From Sedimentisphaerales bacterium (GTDB lineage: Bacteria > Planctomycetota > Phycisphaerae > Sedimentisphaerales > SM23-30), in NCBI GenBank assembly GCA_016930295.1, contig JAFGHE010000234.1, positions 1 through 17,045 on the forward strand: a DNA stretch of 17,045 nt, read 5' to 3'. The position numbers were made by a program, and so were the translations under genes. The notes under the pieces were generated by a model. The model did not search any database. It saw only the letters and a list, made by a program, of their open reading frames with translations, and was not told the origin of the DNA. Shown one piece after another: positions 7,392-15,355 of this stretch. The stretch's first letter is position 1. Each line of letters begins with the position of its first letter.

Positions 7392-8783
7392 CTACGGATA
7401 GTACTCATCAGGATAATACTCCTGAGGTTCTAACGGTGTATTGGGCTCATAGCCGGGTATCTCGTCATATACCGGGGGCTCCTGATAATCAGGATCCACA
7501 GGATAAATATCCGGAGAATAATCCTCCTCAGGATAATACTCCTCAGGATACTCAGGCGCAGGCTCCTCAGGGACCGTCCCTTCCATATCAGGCGGTTCTT
7601 CGTACTCCGGATACTCATCGTAATACGGCTCCACATTCTCTATGGGATAATCACCCTCCTCGGGATAATACTCCTCTACAGGGTACTCTTCCGCCGGCTC
7701 CTCAGGAACCGGCTCTTCCATACCAGACGGCTCTTCGTACTCAGGATTCTCCTCGTAATAAGGCTCTTCATTCTCTACGGGCTCTACGGGATATTCCTCA
7801 GGAGGATAATACTCTTCGGGATAACCTTCCGCAGGCTCCGGGAGCGATTCATGCATGCCGGTATCCGGCTCGTAACCTTCCATATCATTGAAATACTCCG
7901 AATTGTCCTGGTCATCGTATTCTTCATCGTTATCCTGTTCCGGCTGATCAGTTTCGGGTTCTTCATAAACCGGCATCTCTTCATACTCTGTAACAACTTC
8001 TTGCTCCGGGGATTCTTCATAAACATCGGCCTGGCCATAATCCGCTACGGACTCGTTATTGTCCGCTGTCTCGATCAAATCATAAGGTACATCATCCCGG
8101 GCATAAGCTTCCGGCATAGTGTCCTCGACCGGCTCCGGGGAAACACGGTCTTCATAATCATAACCGCCACTGTCTTCGTAAACGGTCACGGCATCCCTGG
8201 AACTGTTATCAGGCGCCCCCGGGTAATCTGACTCTTCATCATAATCAACCTGGTCTTCCTCGTCGTACGCCTGCCCGTCATCATCCGCCGGTCTTTTATC
8301 ATATCCGGAATCAGAATCCTCGACTGAATCCTCCAATGCCGTTACCAATCCGTCTTGACGGGAAAGTTCTCCGCCGGGATAGTTTTTCAAGTTATTCGCC
8401 ACCTCAACCTGGCAGGGGTCTTTCTTATGCTCACTCTCGTCTTCCGAAGAATCGGCTATTTCGTCAGGCTGATTCGCTTTGATGCGGATACAGGTAACTG
8501 ATTTTCCCGTCAACGAACCTTCATTTAATTTCGTCAACGGCACGATAGCGAACCCGTCCGAGTCATTTTCCTCGCAGGGATCGTCATAGATATCGGGCTC
8601 GTCATCTCCAAATGTGCCACTCTCTTCTCCGGATTCGTCCAAAACCATCTCCTTCGTACTTCCAGACGCTTTATAATCAGTTCGTGACCCGGAGATACCT
8701 GTTTCCCGGCTTTCTTTTTTACAGCCCACAAAAACCAGTAACATTATCCATAAGATAATAAATGTTTTTACTACAGTTTTCAT
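7392..8783 (-). CDS. Highly acidic Glu/Asp/Pro/Tyr-rich lipoprotein (463 aa). Its C-terminal half is built of internal tandem repeats.
   Basis: The N-terminus MKTVVKTFIILWIMLLVFVGCKKE is a signal peptide with an FVGC lipobox. The remainder is low-complexity polyanionic sequence (…EEPYYEENPEYEEPSGMEEPVPEEPAEEYPVEEYYPEEGDYPIENVEPYYDEYPEYEEPPDMEGTVPEEPAPEYPEEYYPEE…). The SD is GAGG. Confidence 0.8.
   Translation of the reverse strand: MKTVVKTFIILWIMLLVFVGCKKESRETGISGSRTDYKASGSTKEMVLDESGEESGTFGDDEPDIYDDPCEENDSDGFAIVPLTKLNEGSLTGKSVTCIRIKANQPDEIADSSEDESEHKKDPCQVEVANNLKNYPGGELSRQDGLVTALEDSVEDSDSGYDKRPADDDGQAYDEEDQVDYDEESDYPGAPDNSSRDAVTVYEDSGGYDYEDRVSPEPVEDTMPEAYARDDVPYDLIETADNNESVADYGQADVYEESPEQEVVTEYEEMPVYEEPETDQPEQDNDEEYDDQDNSEYFNDMEGYEPDTGMHESLPEPAEGYPEEYYPPEEYPVEPVENEEPYYEENPEYEEPSGMEEPVPEEPAEEYPVEEYYPEEGDYPIENVEPYYDEYPEYEEPPDMEGTVPEEPAPEYPEEYYPEEDYSPDIYPVDPDYQEPPVYDEIPGYEPNTPLEPQEYYPDEYYP
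7480..7880. repeat. About 2.5 tandem copies of a ~140-bp unit inside the acidic lipoprotein gene. The copies are imperfect, roughly 75-80% identical by eye.
   Basis: Units start near 7524, 7657 and 7798. Each begins with (c)tcctcaggataatactcctc... and contains ...ggctcctcagg(g/a)acc... ...cggctcttcgtactc...gtaata(c/a)ggctc...ttctct. Each unit encodes one of the ~47-aa protein repeats. Confidence 0.7.
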
Positions 8784-9189
8784 CTGCAGAACCTCTGATC
8801 TTATCTGTTCAGAACTGAATTTAATATCGGCTCATCCTTTGCAACGGAAAAGATAATTCCGCGCTTTTTCTCCGGCCTGGGGGGAATGATCTTACACCCA
8901 CTCCGGCTATTTTGTCAGGCGTTCTTATGACCACTCGCCATGGCTTTTCATCTCAATCATATATTATATCCTTTTTTGTTCCATAATAGATAAAAAAAAT
9001 GCCTTTGACACCATAACCTGAAAAAAATCCCAACGCTTTAACCTGTTACAGCCAAAGCAGATATAAAACATACCCGAAATAACCGATCTTCATGGCCTGT
9101 TTTCGCCGTAAATTTCCCGCAATTATACCTTCGGTAATTAGAAAACCGCCAGGAAATAACACTTTTTACCTGTCATTATCCGTCCGATA

Positions 9190-9237
9190 AACCCCGCTTA
9201 ATAAGAAAAATAACCCCGGCATCGTCCTGCCAGGGTT
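9190..9237 (-). terminator. Rho-independent terminator of the flotillin gene.
   Basis: On the minus strand the hairpin is AACCCTGGCA-GGACGA-TGCCGGGGTT (10-bp stem, one mismatch), immediately followed by ATTTTTCTTATT. It lies 62 nt downstream of the stop at 9299. Confidence 0.65.
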
Positions 9238-9298
9238 ACTCAACTTCAGACTATTTTTCTTATAATTATCTTTATATTTGCTCTTGTTACATCTCGGC

Positions 9299-10777
9299 TT
9301 AGCTCGGAGGAGACACGCCATGGGAGGAAGCGGACTTCTCCGCAGCATCCGATTTATCTCCCATCGTTCCCAGGTAGGAGGGCAACTCCACACCCGCCAT
9401 ACCGGCTACATCCTGTAAGGGCGGAATGGCTTTTATCAGGCTCGACATGAAATTGGCAGTAGAAGACCCATCCTTGCCTGCCGCGCCCGAATCCCAGACC
9501 GTGACCTTGTCGATCTTGATGTTCTTAATCGCTTCCACCTGGTGGGCCACAAGTTCCTCGACCTTTTCAATCATTAATAGGGTGGCCGCTGCCTTGGCAT
9601 CCCCGGCACAACTCTTTACCAGTAATTGATACCCGGCCGCCTTGCTGTCCAGTACCTGACGGATACCTTTCGCCTCGGCCTCATACCGGGCCAGGGTGGC
9701 ATCCGCCTGACCTTTGGCTTCACGCCGGAGTTTTTCCGCCTGGGCTTCGGCCGCAATCTCAATCTTTTGTTTTTCAATCTCTTTTACCACAACCTCTTTG
9801 GCCCTTAGACGTTCCTGCTCGGACAGGTATTGGGCCTTCTGTATCTCCGCTTCCGCCATCCGCTTGGCCACCTCACCTCTTTGCAGGGCTTCCGCTTCTT
9901 TAACCGCCAGCGTCGCCTCGACATCGGCAATATCCGCCTTGGCCATGTTTTCACCGGAGACCGCCTCGGCCTCCTGCTGCTGCACATAAACCCGGCGGTC
10001 CGCTTCCGCATGCTTTTGCCCCTTTTCCGCTTCCGCTACATTCTCGGCCACACGAATGGTTCTTTCCCGATTGGCATTGGCCTCTCCGATAGCGCCATCC
10101 TTCTCCTGCTCCGCCACATCCACCTTGGCTTTATTGATAGCCTCGGCCGCAGCCTTCTTGCCGATGCTCTCGATGTAATCCGACTCGTCCGTAATATCGG
10201 TGATGTTTACATTGATCAGATAAAGCCCGATCTTATTCAGTTCCGGCTCCACATTCTTGCGGATGGATTCCAGGAAACTTTCCCGGTCCTGGTTGATCTG
10301 CTCGATAGTAAGAGAGGCGACCGTCAGCCTGAGCTGACCAAAGATGATCTCCTTGGCCATCTCCTCTATCTCCCGCGGCTGCAGACGCAGCAGACGCTCG
10401 GCCGCATTATTCATAATGCCTCGCTCCGTACTGATCCCCACCGTAAAGGTACTGGGCACGTTAATACGAATATTCTGTAACGATAGCGCATTCTGCAGGG
10501 GAATACTTATCGTCATGGGAGTCAGACTCAGATAGGAATAGTCATGAATAATGGGCCAGATAAAGGTACCGCCCCCGTGAATACACCGGGCAGACTGATC
10601 CCGGCCGACTCTCCCAAATATCACCAGAATCCTGTCCGAAGGGCAGCGCTTATAACGAGATGCCAGCCACATCGTAAAAAAGAGGAATATAAAAACGGCC
10701 GCTACAATTCCAATCGTCCACCAACCCCCTGGAAAGTTGCCAATCCCTGCAAGCAAATTATTCTCTACTATATTCAT
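9299..10777 (-). CDS. Flotillin / SPFH (band 7) family protein (492 aa).
   Basis: An N-terminal hydrophobic segment is followed by an SPFH domain. Then comes a long Ala/Glu-rich coiled-coil flotillin region (…AEAEKGQKHAEADRRVYVQQQEAEAVSGENMAKADIADVEATLAVKEAEALQRGEVAKRMAEAEIQKAQYLSEQERLRAKEVVVKEIEKQKIEIAAEAQAEKLRREAKGQADATLARYEAEAKGIRQ…). The SD is GGAGAT. It lies immediately downstream of an NfeD-type gene, as in yuaF-floT and yqiJ-yqiK. Confidence 0.9.
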   Translation of the reverse strand: MNIVENNLLAGIGNFPGGWWTIGIVAAVFIFLFFTMWLASRYKRCPSDRILVIFGRVGRDQSARCIHGGGTFIWPIIHDYSYLSLTPMTISIPLQNALSLQNIRINVPSTFTVGISTERGIMNNAAERLLRLQPREIEEMAKEIIFGQLRLTVASLTIEQINQDRESFLESIRKNVEPELNKIGLYLINVNITDITDESDYIESIGKKAAAEAINKAKVDVAEQEKDGAIGEANANRERTIRVAENVAEAEKGQKHAEADRRVYVQQQEAEAVSGENMAKADIADVEATLAVKEAEALQRGEVAKRMAEAEIQKAQYLSEQERLRAKEVVVKEIEKQKIEIAAEAQAEKLRREAKGQADATLARYEAEAKGIRQVLDSKAAGYQLLVKSCAGDAKAAATLLMIEKVEELVAHQVEAIKNIKIDKVTVWDSGAAGKDGSSTANFMSSLIKAIPPLQDVAGMAGVELPSYLGTMGDKSDAAEKSASSHGVSPPS

Positions 10778-10872
10778 AAATCATCTCCAACATTAAGGTA
10801 TTATAAGGTTACTAAACTATGGTTAATTTTAACGTTCTAAAACCTAAGACTCTTTCGATACTCCTGATATAC

Positions 10873-10895
10873 TCATGCTCATTATACCAAGACCG
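10873..10895 (-). promoter_or_regulatory. Candidate extended -10 promoter (TGGTATAAT) driving flotillin independently of nfeD.
   Basis: On the minus strand the sequence reads ...CGGTCTTGGTATAATGAGC. The TGnTATAAT element is the rc of 10881-10889. The -35 is weak (GAATTA / AATTAA). The predicted TSS is about 95 nt upstream of the floT ATG. Confidence 0.4.
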
Positions 10896-10952
10896 ATTTC
10901 ATTTAATTCTGTTTCAAGTTTTTTTTACCTCTGTGCCTCTTCAATTAGATTC

Positions 10953-11651
10953 CTATTCTATTTTTTCCACGATCAGAACATCATTGGGAGTAACATCAAC
11001 CACCCGGATCAGTTCCCCGGTTTTAATCTCCTGTTTATCAACGCAAATGGCATCCCATATCTTCAGATGTTCCTGCACCGTAACACGCACCTTGCCGGAT
11101 CCTTCGGACGGGATCCTTAAATATACATCCCCTTCCTGACCAATGGCGTTTTTCAAATCAATGTTCCCGCTGGACTTCAATTTCATGGCCGCACTGAATA
11201 ACCATTTTATACCCCAGCAGGTCGCCAGACCGGCGCACACTGCACCCATGACGGCTCGCTCCGGCGACCAGCCACTCTCGCGTAACAAAGCCAGACCCAC
11301 AATACCAAACATCATGAAAAAGGAACTTAACCCCTGTATGGAAAGGACCCGGAAACTGATATCGCCCTCGCTTGCATCCCCGTGATGGCCATGAACCCCA
11401 TGATCGCCGTGATCAGATATATCGCCATGATCACCTGTATGATCAAAATCCCCGTGCCCGGTATCAACATCAAAATCACCATGCATATCAACATCCGCAT
11501 CATGATGAAAATCATGGCCCAGGAATAACATGATCATTCGCAGGGCAAATAAAATGCCGCAGGATATGGCACATATCGCAAAAAACTTCTCTAAACTGGT
11601 ATAATCATCTAAAAAGGCTAACATGATACTATATACCTCCATCATAAACAC
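10953..11651 (-). CDS. NfeD-like (YuaF/YqiJ-type) membrane protein partner of flotillin. It carries a 47-aa His/Asp-rich loop inserted between its transmembrane segments and a C-terminal OB-fold-like domain.
   Basis: The architecture is an N-terminal TM segment, two further TM segments, then a C-terminal beta-rich domain (…GDVYLRIPSEGSGKVRVTVQEHLKIWDAICVDKQEIKTGELIRVVDVTPNDVLIVEKIE). This is typical of short NfeD proteins, and its position upstream of flotillin fits. The insertion reads HDFHHDADVDMHGDFDVDTGHGDFDHTGDHGDISDHGDHGVHGHHGD. The start is ambiguous: GTG at 11651, ATG at 11645 or 11642, or more likely ATG at 11624, which has a perfect GGAGGT SD 10 nt upstream. Confidence 0.75.
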   Translation of the reverse strand: MFMMEVYSIMLAFLDDYTSLEKFFAICAISCGILFALRMIMLFLGHDFHHDADVDMHGDFDVDTGHGDFDHTGDHGDISDHGDHGVHGHHGDASEGDISFRVLSIQGLSSFFMMFGIVGLALLRESGWSPERAVMGAVCAGLATCWGIKWLFSAAMKLKSSGNIDLKNAIGQEGDVYLRIPSEGSGKVRVTVQEHLKIWDAICVDKQEIKTGELIRVVDVTPNDVLIVEKIE

Positions 11652-11668
11652 TTATATTTACGAAGTCT

Positions 11669-11684
11669 GACTATTCTAATAGTC
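11669..11684. promoter_or_regulatory. Inverted repeat GACTATT-CT-AATAGTC in the nfeD promoter-proximal region. It is a candidate operator.
   Basis: A 7-bp perfect arm pair about 20-45 nt upstream of the alternative nfeD start codons. It lies inside the 650-bp divergent intergenic region. Confidence 0.25.
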
Positions 11685-12298
11685 TGTACGGATTTGGCAA
11701 GATAGAACCATGAACTCTAGACTGCCTGCTCATACTCAGAATCTACTATTTCAATCATACATAGTAGTAACCGATTTGATGGACTTGTTACAGAAAAAAT
11801 AGCTCACGCAGCCCGCCCAAATCGATTAAATTCTGTATATACTTAATTTTCAAACACTTACAGAAAATAATTTCGAACCTGATTTCAGCTATGAAACGAA
11901 CCCATTCCATGATAAACGGAAAGGTTCAAAACAGGCTTCAAAATCCGTCTTTCTACCCAACTGACCTGATCCCTTTACCTTTCACGTCCGAATAACCAAA
12001 TTAGATGTTTTGATCAACAATTACGCGGTTTCGAGCATTATCTTCAAAAATAATCCTTTACATTCGCAGGCTAAAAAGTAATCCAAAAAAAACCTATATC
12101 AGTACTGACATAGGGGCTATAGGGGTATTTATACATTATCACAAAAACATACCTTCAATAGTCTTCAGGAAAGCTTTGGTAGTGAGGCGAACATTTATAA
12201 GAGAACGTTAACCGGGGTATCGATTATGCCGATTATGGGAACACCTGGCGCCACGGCCCGGGCCGGGAGACAATAGCATCAAACACGAGGAGAATCCG

Positions 12299-13423
12299 AT
12301 GCGACGAGATGAACAGATAAAACGTATTGCCCATAACTGTGTACATTTCAAGGGCGACCGGCCCTGCCGACCCCAGTTACGCTCAGGAAACTCCTGCCGC
12401 TGCGATGCCTACAGCCCCCGCAGTGGCAAGATACTCTTTATCCAGTTATCCAGCCCCGTAACCATCATCCGCAGCAGCGCACTCGTCCATCGCGTCAGGG
12501 CGGAAAATCCCAACGCCTATATCTGCTACCTGGCCGGCATTCCCGAACTCCTGCCCCGTGATGTAAACGAACCGCTGGGACCGGGAAGCACCAGCATGCT
12601 GCGCCTGCAAATGGACCAGTTTGACACCGCCTACAACCTGGACCTGGACCGACGGGCCTGCAGCGTTATGAATATAATCAATGCTGAAACCAAAATGGGC
12701 TATTATCTCAAAAACGGAGACCCGGCCCCTCTGCCCGGCTCCCAAGCCCATTATTTAAGAACCCTTTTCCCCAACAGCTCTGAGGAAATTGACCCTGTTC
12801 AGGACCTGTTCCAACTCTGTGGCATGGAATACCAACGTGACCTGCCTCGCCTGGAGACTCTCGACAGCTACCTGCTCCTGCCCAAAGGCCATACGCCCAT
12901 GATCGGCCTGCAGCCGGGCCTGGAACAGGGCTCGCCTTATAAAAAAGCATGGGACGTTAATCACTGGTTCCATCTCATTAAAATGATTGAAGAAACCCGA
13001 CTGCACCCCGTTCTGCTGGGTAACACCCAGACCGATACCCTCTGCCGCTACCTCGCTGACTACAGCCGGGCCGATTACATGGGCCCCCTGCCCATGCGCG
13101 ATTATATGGCCCTGACAGGTCGCTGTGATGTGGTTGTCTCCACCGCCGGTTTCACTATCGAAATGGCCTGGGCCATGGGCAAAGATGTTGTCCTCTTACA
13201 AACCAGCAAAACCGCCGGCCTGGACAGCGACTACTTCCGCGGACGCGGCATTACCGTCGAACCGCTCGAACCCGAAAAAAACAAAAACTCTCTTAACGAC
13301 ATCATCCCCGACCAGGTCATGTACGCCATCCTTGAACGACTCGGTAATAAATTCCAGGAACCCGAACTACAGAAAATAATGACCCAGGGCCTCACCGTAC
13401 CCGCCGAGGAACTCACAACCTGA
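12299..13423 (+). CDS. Glycosyltransferase family 9 (ADP-heptose:LPS heptosyltransferase-like) with a ~45-aa N-terminal Cys/His cluster extension (374 aa).
   Basis: ATG with a GAGGAG SD 8 nt upstream. The GT9 N-terminal signature is KILFIQLSSPVTIIRSSALVHRVRAENPNAYICYLAGIPELLP (compare KILVIRLSSLGDVxLTTPALRALKxxYPDAxIDWLV). The C-terminal half has a GT-B-like nucleotide-sugar binding region (DVVVSTAGFTIEMAWAMGKDVVLL). The extension reads HNCVHFKGDRPCRPQLRSGNSCRCD. Confidence 0.7.
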   Translation: MRRDEQIKRIAHNCVHFKGDRPCRPQLRSGNSCRCDAYSPRSGKILFIQLSSPVTIIRSSALVHRVRAENPNAYICYLAGIPELLPRDVNEPLGPGSTSMLRLQMDQFDTAYNLDLDRRACSVMNIINAETKMGYYLKNGDPAPLPGSQAHYLRTLFPNSSEEIDPVQDLFQLCGMEYQRDLPRLETLDSYLLLPKGHTPMIGLQPGLEQGSPYKKAWDVNHWFHLIKMIEETRLHPVLLGNTQTDTLCRYLADYSRADYMGPLPMRDYMALTGRCDVVVSTAGFTIEMAWAMGKDVVLLQTSKTAGLDSDYFRGRGITVEPLEPEKNKNSLNDIIPDQVMYAILERLGNKFQEPELQKIMTQGLTVPAEELTT

Positions 13424-13607
13424 TCAGAAACAGGAATAAATTCTTACTATTCAAGCCTTTTCACACTTGCCCAATCACTATTTATCCGCTATCCTTCTCT
13501 CTCCCTACAGGTACTGATTACTCATACTGTGTACAATACCAGTTTATAAAACATACTGTAAAAATATAACTGATAATTATCGTATAAATACGTCCTGGTT
13601 TTGCAAT

Positions 13608-15206
13608 ATGACTATTAAATTCCTAAATCTGATTATCCTGCCAGCCATTCTACTGGCAATGTTAGGCGGCTGCGCCGAATTGGGATCTATTCAACTCATT
13701 GACAACCACACGGACGTCCCCCAGCGCAAGGCGATCATCTTCTTTGTCGATGGAATGGATCATGCCATCTTTCATCAGATGCTTGAGCAGGGCCGATTGC
13801 CCGACATCGATAAATACCTCGTCCGGCGCGGCTGCCGTATCGAAAAAGCCGTAACCGCTATCCCCAGTATAACCTATGCCATCAACGCCACGTTTGCCAC
13901 CGGCATGCTGCCGGGCCACCATGGCATCTTAGGCAACAAATTCTTTGACCGGGACCGCCTTGTTTATATCGATTACAATTCCATTGCCACCTATCGTAAT
14001 ATCGATAACGATTACTACCTGCCAAACATCTACGAGATCCTTGGCGATACCTTCAGCGTAACCATCCAGACACCCCTGGCCCGAGGCGCCTATCATCGTA
14101 TCGATAACTGGGCTACTTCCGGGACTCTCTGGTTCTTCAGACGATATAAAAGTGTGGACCGCTGGATACCACGCCAGTTTCACATAATTGCCAATATTGC
14201 CATAAATTCCGGACACTGGCCCGGACTGATTTTCTGCTACTTCCCGGCCACCGATGAGATCGGGCATCGCTATGGAACACACCACCGGCGATATACTCAT
14301 TCCATAGCCAATGTTGACCGCCAGATCGGCCATATCTGTCGGGCTCTCGAACAAAATGGTTTATTGGAAGATACCTATCTGATTCTGATCTCCGACCACG
14401 GTATGGATAATCGCCAGAGTGATAACTACCTGGATATTAAGGGATTACTGGAAAATAAATTCCATTGGCGCATCACTGAAAAGGGGCCGGACCATCGCAA
14501 AAAATTCCAAGAGCGAGCCCATTATTTCCAGAAATTTGACGCCATCCTCGGAAACGGCGGCGGCCGCCGGGCAAACCTCTATATACAAAACGGAGATAAT
14601 TGGAAAACATTAGCTGATGAGGAACAAATCATTACTGTTGCTGATTTTCTTGCCCGCCATGACGGCGCAGGAGTGATCGCGTACCGCTTCAAACAGGGAA
14701 TTATCGTGCAAAACCATGCAGGAAAAGCACTTATCGAACGAAACGGAAATCCGGCGTCAAACCTGGACCAAAAAGAATATCGCTATCGGGTCATTGACGG
14801 AACCGACCCGCTCGGGTATGATACCCACTTGCGCGCCTCCGGCTTAACGCCCGGCGATTATCACAACGCCCAGGCATGGCTGGAAGCAACCGTTAATAGC
14901 AGGTTCCCTGACCTGCCAATGCAGATGATGGAAATGTTTGACAGCCGGCGAACCGGCGATATCGTAATATTTGCCGCGCCAGGCTGGATTTACAATCCCG
15001 ATTCGATCGCCGGCCATGGCAGTGTAACACCAACGGACATGCTGGTGCCCATGGTTTTTGCCGGGCCCGATATAAAACCCGGCAGTACTCTGGAAACCGC
15101 TCGCACCATTGATATAGCGCCAACGATTATCGAAATGATCGACGCCGAAAAACTGAAGTTCTATCACTTTGACGGCCAAAGCCTGATGGAACAGTTAACA
15201 AAATAA
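13608..15206 (+). CDS. Lipoprotein of the nucleotide pyrophosphatase/phosphodiesterase (type I phosphodiesterase, alkaline-phosphatase superfamily) family (532 aa).
   Basis: A signal peptide with an LGGC lipobox (MTIKFLNLIILPAILLAMLGGCAE). The metal-binding motif is FFVDGMDH. The catalytic Thr region is PSITYAINATFATGMLPGHHGILGNKF (compare [22 protein letters not shown]). A second metal site is ISDHGMDN. Confidence 0.8.
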   Translation: MTIKFLNLIILPAILLAMLGGCAELGSIQLIDNHTDVPQRKAIIFFVDGMDHAIFHQMLEQGRLPDIDKYLVRRGCRIEKAVTAIPSITYAINATFATGMLPGHHGILGNKFFDRDRLVYIDYNSIATYRNIDNDYYLPNIYEILGDTFSVTIQTPLARGAYHRIDNWATSGTLWFFRRYKSVDRWIPRQFHIIANIAINSGHWPGLIFCYFPATDEIGHRYGTHHRRYTHSIANVDRQIGHICRALEQNGLLEDTYLILISDHGMDNRQSDNYLDIKGLLENKFHWRITEKGPDHRKKFQERAHYFQKFDAILGNGGGRRANLYIQNGDNWKTLADEEQIITVADFLARHDGAGVIAYRFKQGIIVQNHAGKALIERNGNPASNLDQKEYRYRVIDGTDPLGYDTHLRASGLTPGDYHNAQAWLEATVNSRFPDLPMQMMEMFDSRRTGDIVIFAAPGWIYNPDSIAGHGSVTPTDMLVPMVFAGPDIKPGSTLETARTIDIAPTIIEMIDAEKLKFYHFDGQSLMEQLTK

Positions 15207-15268
15207 AGCAATAACATTGACCGACTGATAAGATTTGTCAACCATACAATAAAAATGGATTCGAACTT

Positions 15269-15285
15269 ATGTCCCGGAGGGACAT
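15269..15285 (+). terminator. Hairpin ATGTCCC-GGA-GGGACAT downstream of the phosphodiesterase gene. It is a possible weak terminator or attenuator.
   Basis: A perfect 7-bp stem 63 nt after the stop at 15206. The downstream tract CTGAAAAATACTTTAAAAAGTGTTTATTT is only partly U-rich. Confidence 0.25.
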
Positions 15286-15355
15286 CTGAAAAATACTTTA
15301 AAAAGTGTTTATTTCCAAAATCATAAAAAACAATGAAGGAAAAGGAACATAATAC

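Noticed and set aside
11380-11520. Reiterated CATGATC / CCATGA-type DNA units in the nfeD His/Asp tract, considered as a possible independent repeat or slippage element.
   Set aside because: The pattern is fully explained by codon repetition for the (H/D)G(D/H) peptide units (GAT/CAT/GGC codons). I kept it only as a note under the NfeD finding.
12446-15179. Minus-strand ORFs inside the GT9 gene (12446-13006), inside the phosphodiesterase gene (13662-14354, 14844-15179), and the + ORF 13125-13379.
   Set aside because: They are antisense or alternate-frame ORFs in GC-rich coding sequence. The sense frames carry the GT9 and NPP motifs.
15256-15265. GGATTCGAAC, the reverse complement of the tRNA T-loop consensus GTTCGAATCC, which suggested a minus-strand tRNA upstream of aspS.
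   Set aside because: The flanking bases cannot form a T-stem (ATAAG versus CCATT). No acceptor or anticodon arms can be built. The adjacent hairpin is a simple 7-bp stem, so this is a coincidental match.
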